IMG/VR virus record: IMGVR_UViG_3300011339_000106
Location: 1,489 to 65,488 of that record
Direction: 5' to 3' (one strand)
Origin: a virus
Lineage: Duplodnaviria > Caudoviricetes
Length of the DNA stretch: 64,000 nt
Below are positions 10,510-19,581 of this stretch, one piece after another (position 1 is the stretch's first letter; every line of letters begins with the position of its first letter). Below the pieces are notes generated by a model, which worked only from the letters and a program-made list of their open reading frames with translations, was not told where the DNA came from and made no database searches. The translations under genes were made by a program, and so were the position numbers.

Positions 10510-11598
10510 TCAGTTGTTTACCTGAATCCAGTTTGGATTCTGTGTCGTGGTGGGCGCTCCCCATCCGGGGGTCTGTGTATCTGGCACCTGAATCCACCCC
10601 GAAGACTGCGTATTTCCGATCAAGGCCCAAGCAGGAATCTGGCCGTCTGCGATGTCTTGCCAGTTCGGAGTTTGGTTATCCGGCACCAGCCCCCAGACGT
10701 TTACGTATCCTACCAGCCCAAGGGCTTGAACACCAGTGGGAAGTATGGTAGCGCCGCCAGTGACGGATACCGTGCCAACAAACCCTTGAGCCTGGACTCC
10801 AGTGACCGGGACAATCAGTCTCAGGTCAACCGTGACCGTGCCTACAAAGCCTTGGGCCTGGACCCCCGTGGGGAAGACGTTTGCCGCCGCAGCAACCGTG
10901 ACCGTGCCAACCTGACCTGTAGCCTGGACTCCCGTGACAGGAACAACCAGCGTGAGGTCAACCGTGACCGTGCCGATCTGCCCAGTAGCTTGAACGCCCG
11001 TGACCGGGACTGTGATGTCCGTGAAGGCATTGACCGTGCCAACCTGACCAGTAGCCTGTACGCCTGTCGGGAAGACATTCGCATCGCCAGTAACCGCAAC
11101 ATCACCAACCTCACCCGTGCCCTGCACACCCGTGACGGGGACCACCAGAGCAAGATCAACTGTGACCGTCCCGACCTCTCCGGTCGCTTGAACGCCAGTG
11201 ACAAGGACCGTTACGTCATTGTTTTGGTCAACAACCGCTGAGTAGAAGGTATTGGTGTTTGTGTAGAGCCCCGGAAACAAGTTCTGTTGCGGGGCCGTCT
11301 GCGTTACCGTCGCAGAGTAGAACGTATTGGTGTTGTCGTAACGCGCCGGGGCCAGTATGTTGCTGGACGCAACGGTGGCCGAGTAGAAGGTATTGGTGTT
11401 GTCGTAACGAGATGGAGTCAGCGTGTTGCTTGTGGCAACCGTTGCGGCGTAAAAGGTATTGGTGTTTGTATAGAGAGTAGGGGCCAGAACATTGCTTGTT
11501 GCAATGGTGGCCCCAAAGAAGCTGTTGGTCTCCGCCAGTAAACTGGGGAACAGCGTTTGCGATGCTGGCGAGCTTCCGCTCGCAAGCAGCAGTGACAT
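10510..11598 (-). CDS. Repetitive virion (tail/collar) protein
   Basis: Four to five PxxYxNTNTFY units, then about eight VTGVQAxGxVGTVTV units. Confidence 0.65.
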   Translation of the reverse strand: MSLLLASGSSPASQTLFPSLLAETNSFFGATIATSNVLAPTLYTNTNTFYAATVATSNTLTPSRYDNTNTFYSATVASSNILAPARYDNTNTFYSATVTQTAPQQNLFPGLYTNTNTFYSAVVDQNNDVTVLVTGVQATGEVGTVTVDLALVVPVTGVQGTGEVGDVAVTGDANVFPTGVQATGQVGTVNAFTDITVPVTGVQATGQIGTVTVDLTLVVPVTGVQATGQVGTVTVAAAANVFPTGVQAQGFVGTVTVDLRLIVPVTGVQAQGFVGTVSVTGGATILPTGVQALGLVGYVNVWGLVPDNQTPNWQDIADGQIPAWALIGNTQSSGWIQVPDTQTPGWGAPTTTQNPNWIQVNN

Positions 11599-11601
11599 GG
11601 T

Positions 11602-13053
11602 TTATTCCCAGTAGGAGTCGAACATGCCGATCAGTGTGATTGCCCCAGCCGAAGTGACCGTACCAACATTTCTTGCAATTAGCTGCACAAATTCACCCGG
11701 CCTAACAATGATGGGTGAATTGAAAGTCACCACTGCCGTACCGGAACCTTCCGTTCCCACCGGTGCTGTTGCAGCAAACGCCTCCATGCCGATTGCCACG
11801 ATTCTTGGTGCGTGGGTCGTGCCGGTAGCAAATGACGCTGACTCGGCTGTTGCCAATGAGACGTTTGTGTGTCCAAATGCAACTGCGTAGGCGTAAACTA
11901 CAGGACCGCCAGTCAAAGCAACAGAGACAGTCCCCTGCATCTTTGCGCCTGTAATGATCAAGTTACGGCCCGGTAACGTGGCAGATGCGGCAGGGTTTTG
12001 GTAGCTGAAAACAATGCCGTCGCTATTGGCGGCAAGCGTCGGCAAAACTGCCGCAATACCTCCAAGCCCCGTGAATGCTGCAGCAGTGTTCTGCAGGGCG
12101 ACAGCCGTTGGCGCAGTGTTATTCGTCCAAATAGACGTCTTACCCTGCGTCATGCCGTCTTGGCCGATATAGCCAGACTGCCCCGCAAGCGCCATCTGAT
12201 GCGCCCAAGGCTTGGTAGTGTGCAAATCTTGAAGAGATACCGCAACACCAGACACGCGCATGGTGTTGGTGTTTGACACGTTGCCCGTGTTGTACTTCAT
12301 CATGAAGAACGGGAGGGACGTGCTTTGGAACGGCTGGCCGTTTGCCGCAGGGATCGTCAGAGAACCAACCAGTTCCTGCTCGTACCAAAACTGGACTTCA
12401 TCTTCGCCGCAAAGAATGATCCAGTGCGCAAGCTCACCGACAGTCAACGACCCAATAGGTAGCATTACGCCGGTCTGAGTAACCGAGCCGTTGTAGTTGG
12501 CAACACCGATTACCCCAGCGCTGGTAACTTGAATCCAGCATCCGTCCGTGGGGGGTGTGGTTGCAGCCGTTGGCAAGCCAAACCCAATCAACCAAACCTC
12601 GTTCGTAACCAAGGCCGACGTAAATTGGCCCATGTCGAACTCCGCCGCAAGCGGGGCTGTTTTGACTAGACCAAAATATTGGAACGTCCGCATGAACGCG
12701 CCGTGCGCGTTGGTTGTGCCTTGAACGGCACCAAAGTTCACAGTGCCTGCTCCTGGCTGCGCGGCGGTCAACGTATTGAACGTATACGACCACTGCGAAG
12801 TGTTCTGTGTCGAAGCGCTGAACGTGTCGTTAAACAGAATCGTGTCAAGGCCTACCCGCAGTCGAAAGTCTGACGATGTCTCTGGAGAGGCCAGAAGTGG
12901 TGTGCCTGTGTAATTTCCTGCATCGTTCTCAGAGAACATCCGCAAACCACCAACGCCAGCAGGGGCCGCGTTTGCATCACCCGTAAAAACTGGGACGCCG
13001 TTGGTGACGGTGGCAATGTTGGTGCCGTCTTTGCCGATGAGTGAAACGCTCAT
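11602..13053 (-). CDS. Beta-rich virion protein, possible receptor-binding/lectin-like
   Basis: 483 aa, T/A/G-rich, in the tail operon. Confidence 0.5.
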   Translation of the reverse strand: MSVSLIGKDGTNIATVTNGVPVFTGDANAAPAGVGGLRMFSENDAGNYTGTPLLASPETSSDFRLRVGLDTILFNDTFSASTQNTSQWSYTFNTLTAAQPGAGTVNFGAVQGTTNAHGAFMRTFQYFGLVKTAPLAAEFDMGQFTSALVTNEVWLIGFGLPTAATTPPTDGCWIQVTSAGVIGVANYNGSVTQTGVMLPIGSLTVGELAHWIILCGEDEVQFWYEQELVGSLTIPAANGQPFQSTSLPFFMMKYNTGNVSNTNTMRVSGVAVSLQDLHTTKPWAHQMALAGQSGYIGQDGMTQGKTSIWTNNTAPTAVALQNTAAAFTGLGGIAAVLPTLAANSDGIVFSYQNPAASATLPGRNLIITGAKMQGTVSVALTGGPVVYAYAVAFGHTNVSLATAESASFATGTTHAPRIVAIGMEAFAATAPVGTEGSGTAVVTFNSPIIVRPGEFVQLIARNVGTVTSAGAITLIGMFDSYWE

Positions 13054-13062
13054 GTTTTTTCC

Positions 13063-13335
13063 TCAGTTATATACCCAGCCGACGTTGTAGACGCCGTGCC
13101 CGAATCCGGTCGATACCTTTGCGTAGATGGTGAACCCGACTCCAGCAACAGGGGGGCCAGCCACTACGCTCAACTCTTCAACCCAGTGGTTGTCTATCGT
13201 GTTCGACGCCGTGTTGGCAGGGAAGATCCACGCTTCGACCAACTGTGAACCCGTGATGGCTGGCTCAGACACAAACACAGACGTATCCGTGGCCTTGCCG
13301 CCAAAGTTGATAGTGGTCGTGCCTTGTGCAGCCAT
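13063..13335 (-). CDS. Small virion protein
   Basis: 90 aa beta-type composition, RBS GAGG upstream, in the tail operon. Confidence 0.6.
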   Translation of the reverse strand: MAAQGTTTINFGGKATDTSVFVSEPAITGSQLVEAWIFPANTASNTIDNHWVEELSVVAGPPVAGVGFTIYAKVSTGFGHGVYNVGWVYN

Positions 13336-13338
13336 GTT

Positions 13339-13743
13339 TTACAGGGCAAAGATGCCCGAGGCATTCCAAGTGATGCTGATGTTCCCACCGTTTGGCGTCA
13401 CGGGCAGGCCGGTTACCCCAGAGTCGATGTAGGCCACAAGCGGGCTGGTCCCCGCCGTGCCGGTATCAACGTAAATGACAAGCGCCTCAACGCTATTGCC
13501 AGTCACACTGGTATAGGTCACATCCCCGCCGTCAAACACACCATCGGTGACCGTCTTGGTCGCGCCAATCGTTTGCGCAGTGCCCACAACACCGGTCAGC
13601 GAAGTCAGGAACTGATGCGCGGCGTTGTAGGTGTAAACCCCCGTGTCAACCAAGGCTACCTTGACCGTTCCAGACAGCAGATTGGTATTGGTAGCCGCGC
13701 CAAGGATGGTTTCCTTATACTTCGGATAGATGGCGTTTGCCAT
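13339..13743 (-). CDS. Conserved phage tail/collar protein (paralog 1)
   Basis: 134 aa; VKVALVDT, TKTVTDGVFDGGDVT, PNGGNISITWNASGIFAL. Confidence 0.65.
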   Translation of the reverse strand: MANAIYPKYKETILGAATNTNLLSGTVKVALVDTGVYTYNAAHQFLTSLTGVVGTAQTIGATKTVTDGVFDGGDVTYTSVTGNSVEALVIYVDTGTAGTSPLVAYIDSGVTGLPVTPNGGNISITWNASGIFAL

Positions 13744-13753
13744 GATTTACCCC

Positions 13754-14173
13754 TTAGGCGATCCGAACAACTGCATCAGAAGCGTTGTTGGCAGGGAACT
13801 GGATCGTGAACGTACCAGCAGTCGAAGTCTTGTCAGATCCGAAGTCCAGCACAGCAACAGCCTTGTTGGACTTGCTGCTGTTGTAAATCAGCGCACCACG
13901 GGCCGTGATGGTTGCCGTCGTCCACGAGGTGTCAGAAAAGTCAACGAAGGCCGTAGTGCCCGTCAAGGACACCGTCGCCCCGGTCAGCGTGTTTCCGCCT
14001 GCAGTGTAGCCAGCGCCAACCACCTCGTTGCTGGTGGTGTAAACCGTCGTAGACGCATCCAGAGTGGCTGACGCAGTGTAAAGCGCGATCTTGAGCGTGT
14101 CAGTATCCATGTCGTGTTCGCCCAGCAGGATCTGCTGCTTGAACGAACTGCACATTGCTTGGGAGATTGCCAT
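13754..14173 (-). CDS. Conserved phage tail/collar protein (paralog 2)
   Basis: 139 aa; SFKQQIL.G.H, LKIALYT, YTAGGNTL, TARGALIYN, VLDFG.DKTST.GTFTIQFP. Confidence 0.7.
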   Translation of the reverse strand: MAISQAMCSSFKQQILLGEHDMDTDTLKIALYTASATLDASTTVYTTSNEVVGAGYTAGGNTLTGATVSLTGTTAFVDFSDTSWTTATITARGALIYNSSKSNKAVAVLDFGSDKTSTAGTFTIQFPANNASDAVVRIA

Positions 14174-14182
14174 GATGGCTCC

Positions 14183-14833
14183 TTAAACGACTTGAGTTCT
14201 AAGTTGCCCACTACGGTAGGCGTCCTGACGGTTCTTGCCATCACCAAGGTTCTTGAGCAACGTCATAGACTGCACAAATTGCTTGTCCATCATCGCCACA
14301 ATGTCCTGCTCCTGTTTCATAAAGCGAGCAGCTTCAACCATAACCGCATTGAACAGCACCGAGTCAAAGTTATCACTGAGCCATGAAGTACCAGCGGTGA
14401 CAATGCTGACGGGGTAGTAGAAATAATGCAGTTCTGCCGTCAAATTGGCGCTAGGCGTTGGGCCAAGGATTAACGTCAACTCGTTAGGGTCGCCACTGTT
14501 GGGGCCGAAGAGCGCGTAATACTTGGGTGTGCCTTGCGTGGACGGGTTTGGAAACGCCGAGCGGATGAAGTTCACATCCTTGTTCAGCAGGTACTCGTAA
14601 TTCCCAGAGCCGTCAATAACAGCAAGGCTGAAGACAGACAGGAAGTCCGTAGGGGCTGACAGGTACTGATTTCCCTGTGTCAAGGTGCCAGTGACGTTCT
14701 TCCGCAAAGCAGGCAGTTGGACCGCGTTGTAGATACGCTGCTCACTTAGTTGTGTAAGCGTAGCAAAATCCGAGGATGAAAACGTGTTCTCGGTGTAATC
14801 TTCGACGGCAGTTTTAAGTTCTGAATAATTCAT
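14183..14833 (-). CDS. Head-tail adaptor / tail tubular protein A-like
   Basis: 216 aa; AEQRIY-like, P.DFL, GTPKYYA, LGPTP, ELHYFYYP, TSWLSDN motifs. Confidence 0.7.
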   Translation of the reverse strand: MNYSELKTAVEDYTENTFSSSDFATLTQLSEQRIYNAVQLPALRKNVTGTLTQGNQYLSAPTDFLSVFSLAVIDGSGNYEYLLNKDVNFIRSAFPNPSTQGTPKYYALFGPNSGDPNELTLILGPTPSANLTAELHYFYYPVSIVTAGTSWLSDNFDSVLFNAVMVEAARFMKQEQDIVAMMDKQFVQSMTLLKNLGDGKNRQDAYRSGQLRTQVV

Positions 14834-15519
14834 GTCTTTTGCCCCCTATTTTTGTGCCCTGGCAAAGATAACGACATGGTTTTTACGTGTTTGTAAAACG
14901 CTTGCTCGCTAATTTTATTCTGTTTACACGCATTCCTAACTGTTGCTCCCGCAAGCAACGCCGCATGCGCTAAACGGGCACGTTGTGCACAGGCTTCCGA
15001 CTTTAACGTACGCGCCTTTTCCCCCGCCTCGTGTAACTTTTGTTTGTATACGTCTGAGGCTAGCAGTTTTAGTTGCCGCTGTCTAGCCTTCTCTCTGCTC
15101 TCAGCATCGTACTCACGCGTACGTGCCGCTTCAGCTAATTTTTCGCAGTGCTCTGCGGTAAGGCGCTTGCCTTTATGAAGCACAGACATTTTTTGACGGA
15201 ACGCTTCCGTATGCTTCCAGCCGCCGCGCACCAACCGTTCCCTGGCGGTGCGTAACACATTGTAACTCTGCAGCGGCATCAGGCAATTTTCGTACTCTAT
15301 ACGCTGCTCTAGCGCACATATAACGAGCACTTTAAACACAAAAGCGTCTTCGCCGTATTTATCCCAAGCGCGTTGCAAAATAAACGAGTGGTGTTTACCC
15401 CTGCGCAAGCTGCTGCGATGCGTATGCCAACGACTTTTGTAGTCGGAGGCGCTGCCAATGTAGCAACGGTTATTCACCGTATTCTCAACGGCATAAACGT
15501 AACCAACGGCTTGCTGCAT
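14830..15519 (-). CDS. Free-standing GIY-YIG homing endonuclease with NUMOD3-like repeats
   Basis: GYVYAVENTVNNRCYIGS...RW..H...L..G.HHS..LQRAW.KYG; HTEAFRQKMS NUMOD3-like motif. Confidence 0.9.
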   Translation of the reverse strand: MQQAVGYVYAVENTVNNRCYIGSASDYKSRWHTHRSSLRRGKHHSFILQRAWDKYGEDAFVFKVLVICALEQRIEYENCLMPLQSYNVLRTARERLVRGGWKHTEAFRQKMSVLHKGKRLTAEHCEKLAEAARTREYDAESREKARQRQLKLLASDVYKQKLHEAGEKARTLKSEACAQRARLAHAALLAGATVRNACKQNKISEQAFYKHVKTMSLSLPGHKNRGQKT

Positions 15520-15522
15520 TTC

Positions 15523-15717
15523 TTACGCCATCGGCCCACGGGCCATCGTGCCCTTGGTAGCAGCGCCAGTGCCCCGGATCTTGATGCCTGAGGTCTTGGT
15601 GCCCGAAGGCTTGCCAACACCGATGTTGCCCACCACCATGCAGATCTCGTCGTCCAAGGTCTCAATGGCTTGCGGCTGACCCGGCTTGGCCGGAGGGAGC
15701 TTCTTGGCTTTCATCAT
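15523..15717 (-). CDS. Small basic protein (IKIRGTGAATKG motif)
   Basis: 64 aa K/G-rich, in the head gene cluster. Confidence 0.7.
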   Translation of the reverse strand: MMKAKKLPPAKPGQPQAIETLDDEICMVVGNIGVGKPSGTKTSGIKIRGTGAATKGTMARGPMA

Positions 15718-15878
15718 GGCTTCTTCATCCCAGTCTTCTGGTTCTGAACCTTGGCGAGACCACGGCCCATCTTGAGCATGTCCGCATCCGTCTTGCCGCC
15801 TTTGTAGAAGGTCTTGGGTTTGCCCGGATGTAGTGCGGCTTCGTGCCTGCTTACAGCCTGTTTAGGGGTCATTGCCAT
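15714..15878 (-). CDS. Small basic protein, not in ORF track
   Basis: MAMTPKQAVSRHEAALHPGKPKTFYKGGKTDADMLKMGRGLAKV...; AAGGAG RBS; TGA overlaps next ATG. Confidence 0.75.
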   Translation of the reverse strand: MAMTPKQAVSRHEAALHPGKPKTFYKGGKTDADMLKMGRGLAKVQNQKTGMKKP

Positions 15879-15888
15879 TTTTTGCTCC

Positions 15889-16320
15889 TTAGGTCGTCAC
15901 GACCACAACTGTACCGACTAAACCTGCTGGTGCCAAGGCATTGGGGGTCAGCCCAATGTCAAAACTTCTGGCACCACCTACGGGGTTCCAGCCCCACTCA
16001 ATCACTCTGCTGCCCTCGCCGGGGTAGCCCTCTTGGTCAGGGCCGGTTCCAGATACTGGGTTTGTCTGCAAACCATTTGTACCAGACTGATACCAAGTAT
16101 TTGTGTCCGGGCGCGGATCTCGGATGGCCTGCGGGTCTGAGATTGGATACATGCCAAGCTGCAACTGCGGCTGGTCAGGCACCCAGCACTGCGGGCAGGC
16201 TTTGGTCTGCGTCTGCTTGGTCTTGACCGTCAGGTTCTTGAGCTTTTTCAGGTCGAAACGGAACCCGCATAGGTCACAGAAACCAAATGCCTTTGCGCCG
16301 TTTGCAAACCTGTTTGCCAT
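15889..16320 (-). CDS. Conserved Zn-ribbon phage protein
   Basis: CDLCGF...CPQCW..DQPQLQLG...DPQAIRDPRPD. Confidence 0.7.
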   Translation of the reverse strand: MANRFANGAKAFGFCDLCGFRFDLKKLKNLTVKTKQTQTKACPQCWVPDQPQLQLGMYPISDPQAIRDPRPDTNTWYQSGTNGLQTNPVSGTGPDQEGYPGEGSRVIEWGWNPVGGARSFDIGLTPNALAPAGLVGTVVVVTT

Positions 16321-16321
16321 G

Positions 16322-17017
16322 TCAGCTTATGAACATCTGCCGTGGGACAAAACGCACTGCGGACTTATCTCTATCTTCTTCCATAGCCAGCGCTAGATCT
16401 TGATCGTACTGCTGCTTTAGGGCAGGCATGCGCTCCATAGCGCCAGGGATTTTCATGGACAAGTAGTACGCAAGTCCTGAGATGAGCGGCGGCAGAAATC
16501 TAAACGGTATGTCTTGCGTGTACGTCCCACCTGCGCCAGCATCTTGAAGCCTACGGAGTCTCCAATACACAAACTGGTATTGCTGTGATCCATCCGGCGT
16601 CGGCCAAATAACGATTTGAGGCGTAGGCGCTTGGCGATTTACCCACACTTGAATGGGCCGTGCTTGTTGCAGCTTATTGGGGATGGATGAGTAGGTAGAG
16701 ACTGAGATGCGTGTGATAGTCAAATCGACTTGCGTGGAAACATTGCCTGCGCCAGTGCGAATAACGTGCTCTATGAGATCTACAGTATCATCCGGCAATG
16801 GGTATGTGCTTGTGCCCTGCGAAAGATTGATTGTGCCAGAGTCTATAGTCCAAAGATTTATACCCAGGTTCGCCCACCCAGCAAGCATTATGTTTAACGA
16901 ACGCCTTGCAGTACGCAGGTCATAACCCGATCTGGCCTCGGCTCCGCACCGCTCAAAACTTTCCTCCAAAATCTCATTAAGATCTGGGTTAAAAACTGTA
17001 GTCCCAGAAGTTGTCAT
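16322..17017 (-). CDS. Head-tail connector / second adaptor protein
   Basis: 231 aa; MTTSG...EESFERCG...YDLRTARRSLN...WAN.G.NLWT; P....D.P.RFLP. Confidence 0.7.
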   Translation of the reverse strand: MTTSGTTVFNPDLNEILEESFERCGAEARSGYDLRTARRSLNIMLAGWANLGINLWTIDSGTINLSQGTSTYPLPDDTVDLIEHVIRTGAGNVSTQVDLTITRISVSTYSSIPNKLQQARPIQVWVNRQAPTPQIVIWPTPDGSQQYQFVYWRLRRLQDAGAGGTYTQDIPFRFLPPLISGLAYYLSMKIPGAMERMPALKQQYDQDLALAMEEDRDKSAVRFVPRQMFIS

Positions 17018-17872
17018 GCTTTACTCCTGCAATTGTCAAAGTGCCAGCGCTTCATGGTGTTTACATGCCCTTCTTTACCACAATGCGGACAGGTTACAGG
17101 AGGTCGTGCCGCATGCGCAGCCCGCATCTTTGCACGAGTGTCTTCAGGGTGCTCTTTACCAAAATACGGATTGTTCTCACCAGACAGCTTTTCTGAAAGC
17201 GCCTTCTTAATCTCTTCCGGCTTTGCTTTGCCGTACATCGGATTAAGCTCCCCTACAAGGCGCTTCCGTGTACCGGACTCAAAGCCGTGCTTTGCAGCCA
17301 AAGCTATTTTTTCTTGCTTTGTTGTTGCGCCTGCTGCATCGTACAAAGCCTGCAACGGTGTTTTATGCACTCGAACAGACCGTTTTTTTTTTTTTTTTTG
17401 GTTGTGACAGCCGTTTCTCTTTTAGCCTCTCTCTATACCCAGCAGTAGCCTCGTAGATTTTGCGTTTTGTTTCTTCTGATACAGGATGGCCTTTTTGTGC
17501 AGCAGACATATTCTGGCGGGTCTGCTGGCTGGCTTTTCTACCTTGGCCGGCTACAGAGATTTTAGCCCGCACTTCAGGTGTGGGCGATCCCAGCCCGCCA
17601 CCGCCGCCGCAAGCGTTATACGTGGGTTGCAACTTCAAAATCCAAGCAATTTCAGCAGCGTTCAACGCGTCTTTGTCTGGGCACTCCTCAACAACATCAA
17701 GCGTGAACGCCTCCTGTCCATACTTGCGAATGGCTGCGGCCAGCACCCAGCCTGCCCCAGAACGAGCGTCGGAGCAGTGCTTAGACCAGCGCTTGCCCAG
17801 CGCCGTTTTTGTCTGCCCGATGTAGATGTGCCCATTCACGGTGTTGGTTACCTTGTAGATGACCCCATACAT
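17014..17872 (-). pseudogene. GIY-YIG/NUMOD3 homing endonuclease split by a frameshift in an A17 tract
   Basis: 17363..17872 is the GIY-YIG N-half; 17014..17370 holds NUMOD3 repeats and TCPHCGK..RWHFDNC. Removing one base of the T17 run at 17383-17399 fuses them into 285 aa. Confidence 0.75.
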
Positions 17873-17930
17873 GCCAGACCCCTTTGAGCTTCGGTCTGGG
17901 TATGATAGCAGCGGTGCAGCATGGCGTCAA

Positions 17931-18176
17931 TCATTTTCCTGCGGTCTTGGCAGACTGCTTGAACGCTTTGGCAGTAGGAGCGCCGGGAGAACCCGGCTTG
18001 CGCATCTTCTCTCCACTACCTGCGGCGATACGAGCCCGCTTGGCATGGATACGGTCGTAGAGCCCAATAGGGCCACCCTCGGCGTAGAGTTCGGTCGGAA
18101 CATCCGCGTCTTTCCGCATCACCGCTTTAGGTAGCTTCTTGGGGTTTACGGCACCCATGCCACGGCTGGCTCTCAC
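17931..18176 (-). CDS. Small basic protein
   Basis: 81 aa; MRASRGMGA..., GLYDRIHAKRARIAAGSGEKMRKPGS.GAPT. Confidence 0.75.
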   Translation of the reverse strand: MRASRGMGAVNPKKLPKAVMRKDADVPTELYAEGGPIGLYDRIHAKRARIAAGSGEKMRKPGSPGAPTAKAFKQSAKTAGK

Positions 18177-18481
18177 ACCATCCGCCCTTTGGTCTTACCC
18201 TTGGACTCGACGCCGCCGCCCTTGGCGTAGCAAGCGCCGCCCTTGGCAAAGGGCTTGCCCTTGGCTTCAGCCATCTCGTGCTTGATCATGGACTTGGGAG
18301 CGCCTTTCTTCTTCATGAAAGACACTTCCTTCTTCATCATCGCTTTGGACTCTTTCATTTCGCCTCCTTCGGCATGGGCTTTCGGCCCGACAAACTTCTT
18401 CGCTACGCTAGGCGGGACATCCGTCTTGCCAGCGAGGGACGCATACATGAACCGGCGCTGTTTCTCAGACTGGACTGGCAC
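18173..18481 (-). CDS. Small K/M/G-rich protein
   Basis: Likely GTG start at 18481 after GGAGAGGG; SEKQRRFM motif; several xAxGG motifs. Confidence 0.7.
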   Translation of the reverse strand: MPVQSEKQRRFMYASLAGKTDVPPSVAKKFVGPKAHAEGGEMKESKAMMKKEVSFMKKKGAPKSMIKHEMAEAKGKPFAKGGACYAKGGGVESKGKTKGRMV

Positions 18482-18654
18482 TATTTCCCTCTCCAACCGC
18501 GCACTGTGTCCGTCTCCCAGATCCGTATCCCGGTCCAGATGATTGTGAAGACAGCAGCAATAGAAGGTAGAAATTCCACAAGCGTACCCAGCACTGTAGC
18601 GACTGATAGGGCGTCAACAACATGCTTTGTGGATTCCGAAACTTCGTGCTTCAT
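18481..18654 (-). CDS. Small membrane protein (holin-like), not in ORF track
   Basis: 57 aa MKHEVSESTKHVVDALSVATVLGTLVEFLPSIAAVFTIIWTGIRIWETDTVRGWRGK; two hydrophobic segments and a basic tail. Confidence 0.7.
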   Translation of the reverse strand: MKHEVSESTKHVVDALSVATVLGTLVEFLPSIAAVFTIIWTGIRIWETDTVRGWRGK

Positions 18655-18655
18655 G

Positions 18656-18901
18656 TCAGCAATTCCACGCCCGCAAGGATTTGTTGATCCGGCTGTTTGG
18701 GTCTTTTGCAGTTTTCTCGCTGGTGAGCTTCTTCTTCATACCCTTCATCCGGGCACAAAATGAGTCACGGCGAGAGCCACCTTCAGGCTGCGGAGGCTTG
18801 AGGTTCATGCCCTGCGCTTTTGCAGAGGCACGGCCTTTGGCGTTCAAACCCCCTTCAGGGTTCTTGCCTTCCTTCCGCGTCCATGCCGGCGACTTAGCCA
18901 T
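18656..18901 (-). CDS. DUF6321-like small basic protein
   Basis: MAKSPAWTRKEGKNPEGGLNAKGRAS...RRDSFCARMKGM...KDPNSRINKSLRAWNC. Confidence 0.7.
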   Translation of the reverse strand: MAKSPAWTRKEGKNPEGGLNAKGRASAKAQGMNLKPPQPEGGSRRDSFCARMKGMKKKLTSEKTAKDPNSRINKSLRAWNC

Positions 18902-19172
18902 AGTACGCCACAGCAGTGGTGCTGGCCCCACAAGTCACCGTCAACCCTTGTTCAGCAAGGATGCCTTCACCGGGGATGATGATGTGGATAGCGCCCACAG
19001 CAGCAGGTGCCGTAAACGAGAACAGCGTGACACTGACCCCGTTCGTTGCAGACACCGTACCGCTGGTGGTATAGCTGATCGTCAACGCCTTGAGACGAGT
19101 ACGATTGGCCGTGACCGCTGTTGCCGCGCCAGCCGCACAGGCAGCTGACTTAACGTCGGTTTGCATCGACAT
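18894..19172 (-). CDS. Small virion protein
   Basis: 92 aa beta-type; IPGEGIL motif; downstream of the capsid gene. Confidence 0.65.
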   Translation of the reverse strand: MSMQTDVKSAACAAGAATAVTANRTRLKALTISYTTSGTVSATNGVSVTLFSFTAPAAVGAIHIIIPGEGILAEQGLTVTCGASTTAVAYYG

Positions 19173-19184
19173 GATGCACTCCTA

Positions 19185-19496
19185 TTAGGCAGCGGTCGTG
19201 ACGTTGGTCCAGCCCGTAGTGCCGTTCGTATTCACGTACAGCCGCGTAGAGGTCGAAGAGCCGTCCGTGCGCAGGTAGATCGAACCCTGAGCCGCAGAAA
19301 TGCTGGGGACGCCAGAACCCACGTAGATGCCCAGACCAGCGGTAGAGGACATCAAGAAAGCAGCCATGCCGCCAGCGACCGGAGCAGTGCCGCTGTCAGC
19401 CGTGATGTTGCCGGTTGCGGAAACGGTTGCGCCAGAAACATCGCCAACAAAACCATTGGTCGAGACTACCGGGCCGGAGAAGGTTGTCGTTGCCAT
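19185..19496 (-). CDS. Small virion (head fibre/decoration-like) protein
   Basis: MATTTFSGPVVSTNGF start; GSGVP..SAAQGSIYLRTDG..TSTRLYVN. Confidence 0.65.
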   Translation of the reverse strand: MATTTFSGPVVSTNGFVGDVSGATVSATGNITADSGTAPVAGGMAAFLMSSTAGLGIYVGSGVPSISAAQGSIYLRTDGSSTSTRLYVNTNGTTGWTNVTTAA

Positions 19497-19581
19497 TGAA
19501 GGCTCCTCAGTTTGCGCCTGCTGTCTGTGAGGTCAGTCCGCCAAGTCGGTCAGCAGGCAAGGTGGGTCTTGGACTGTGAGC

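Noticed and set aside
9699-17872. Group I introns around the GIY-YIG genes
   Set aside because: Flanking genes are complete and there is no non-coding space for an intron core
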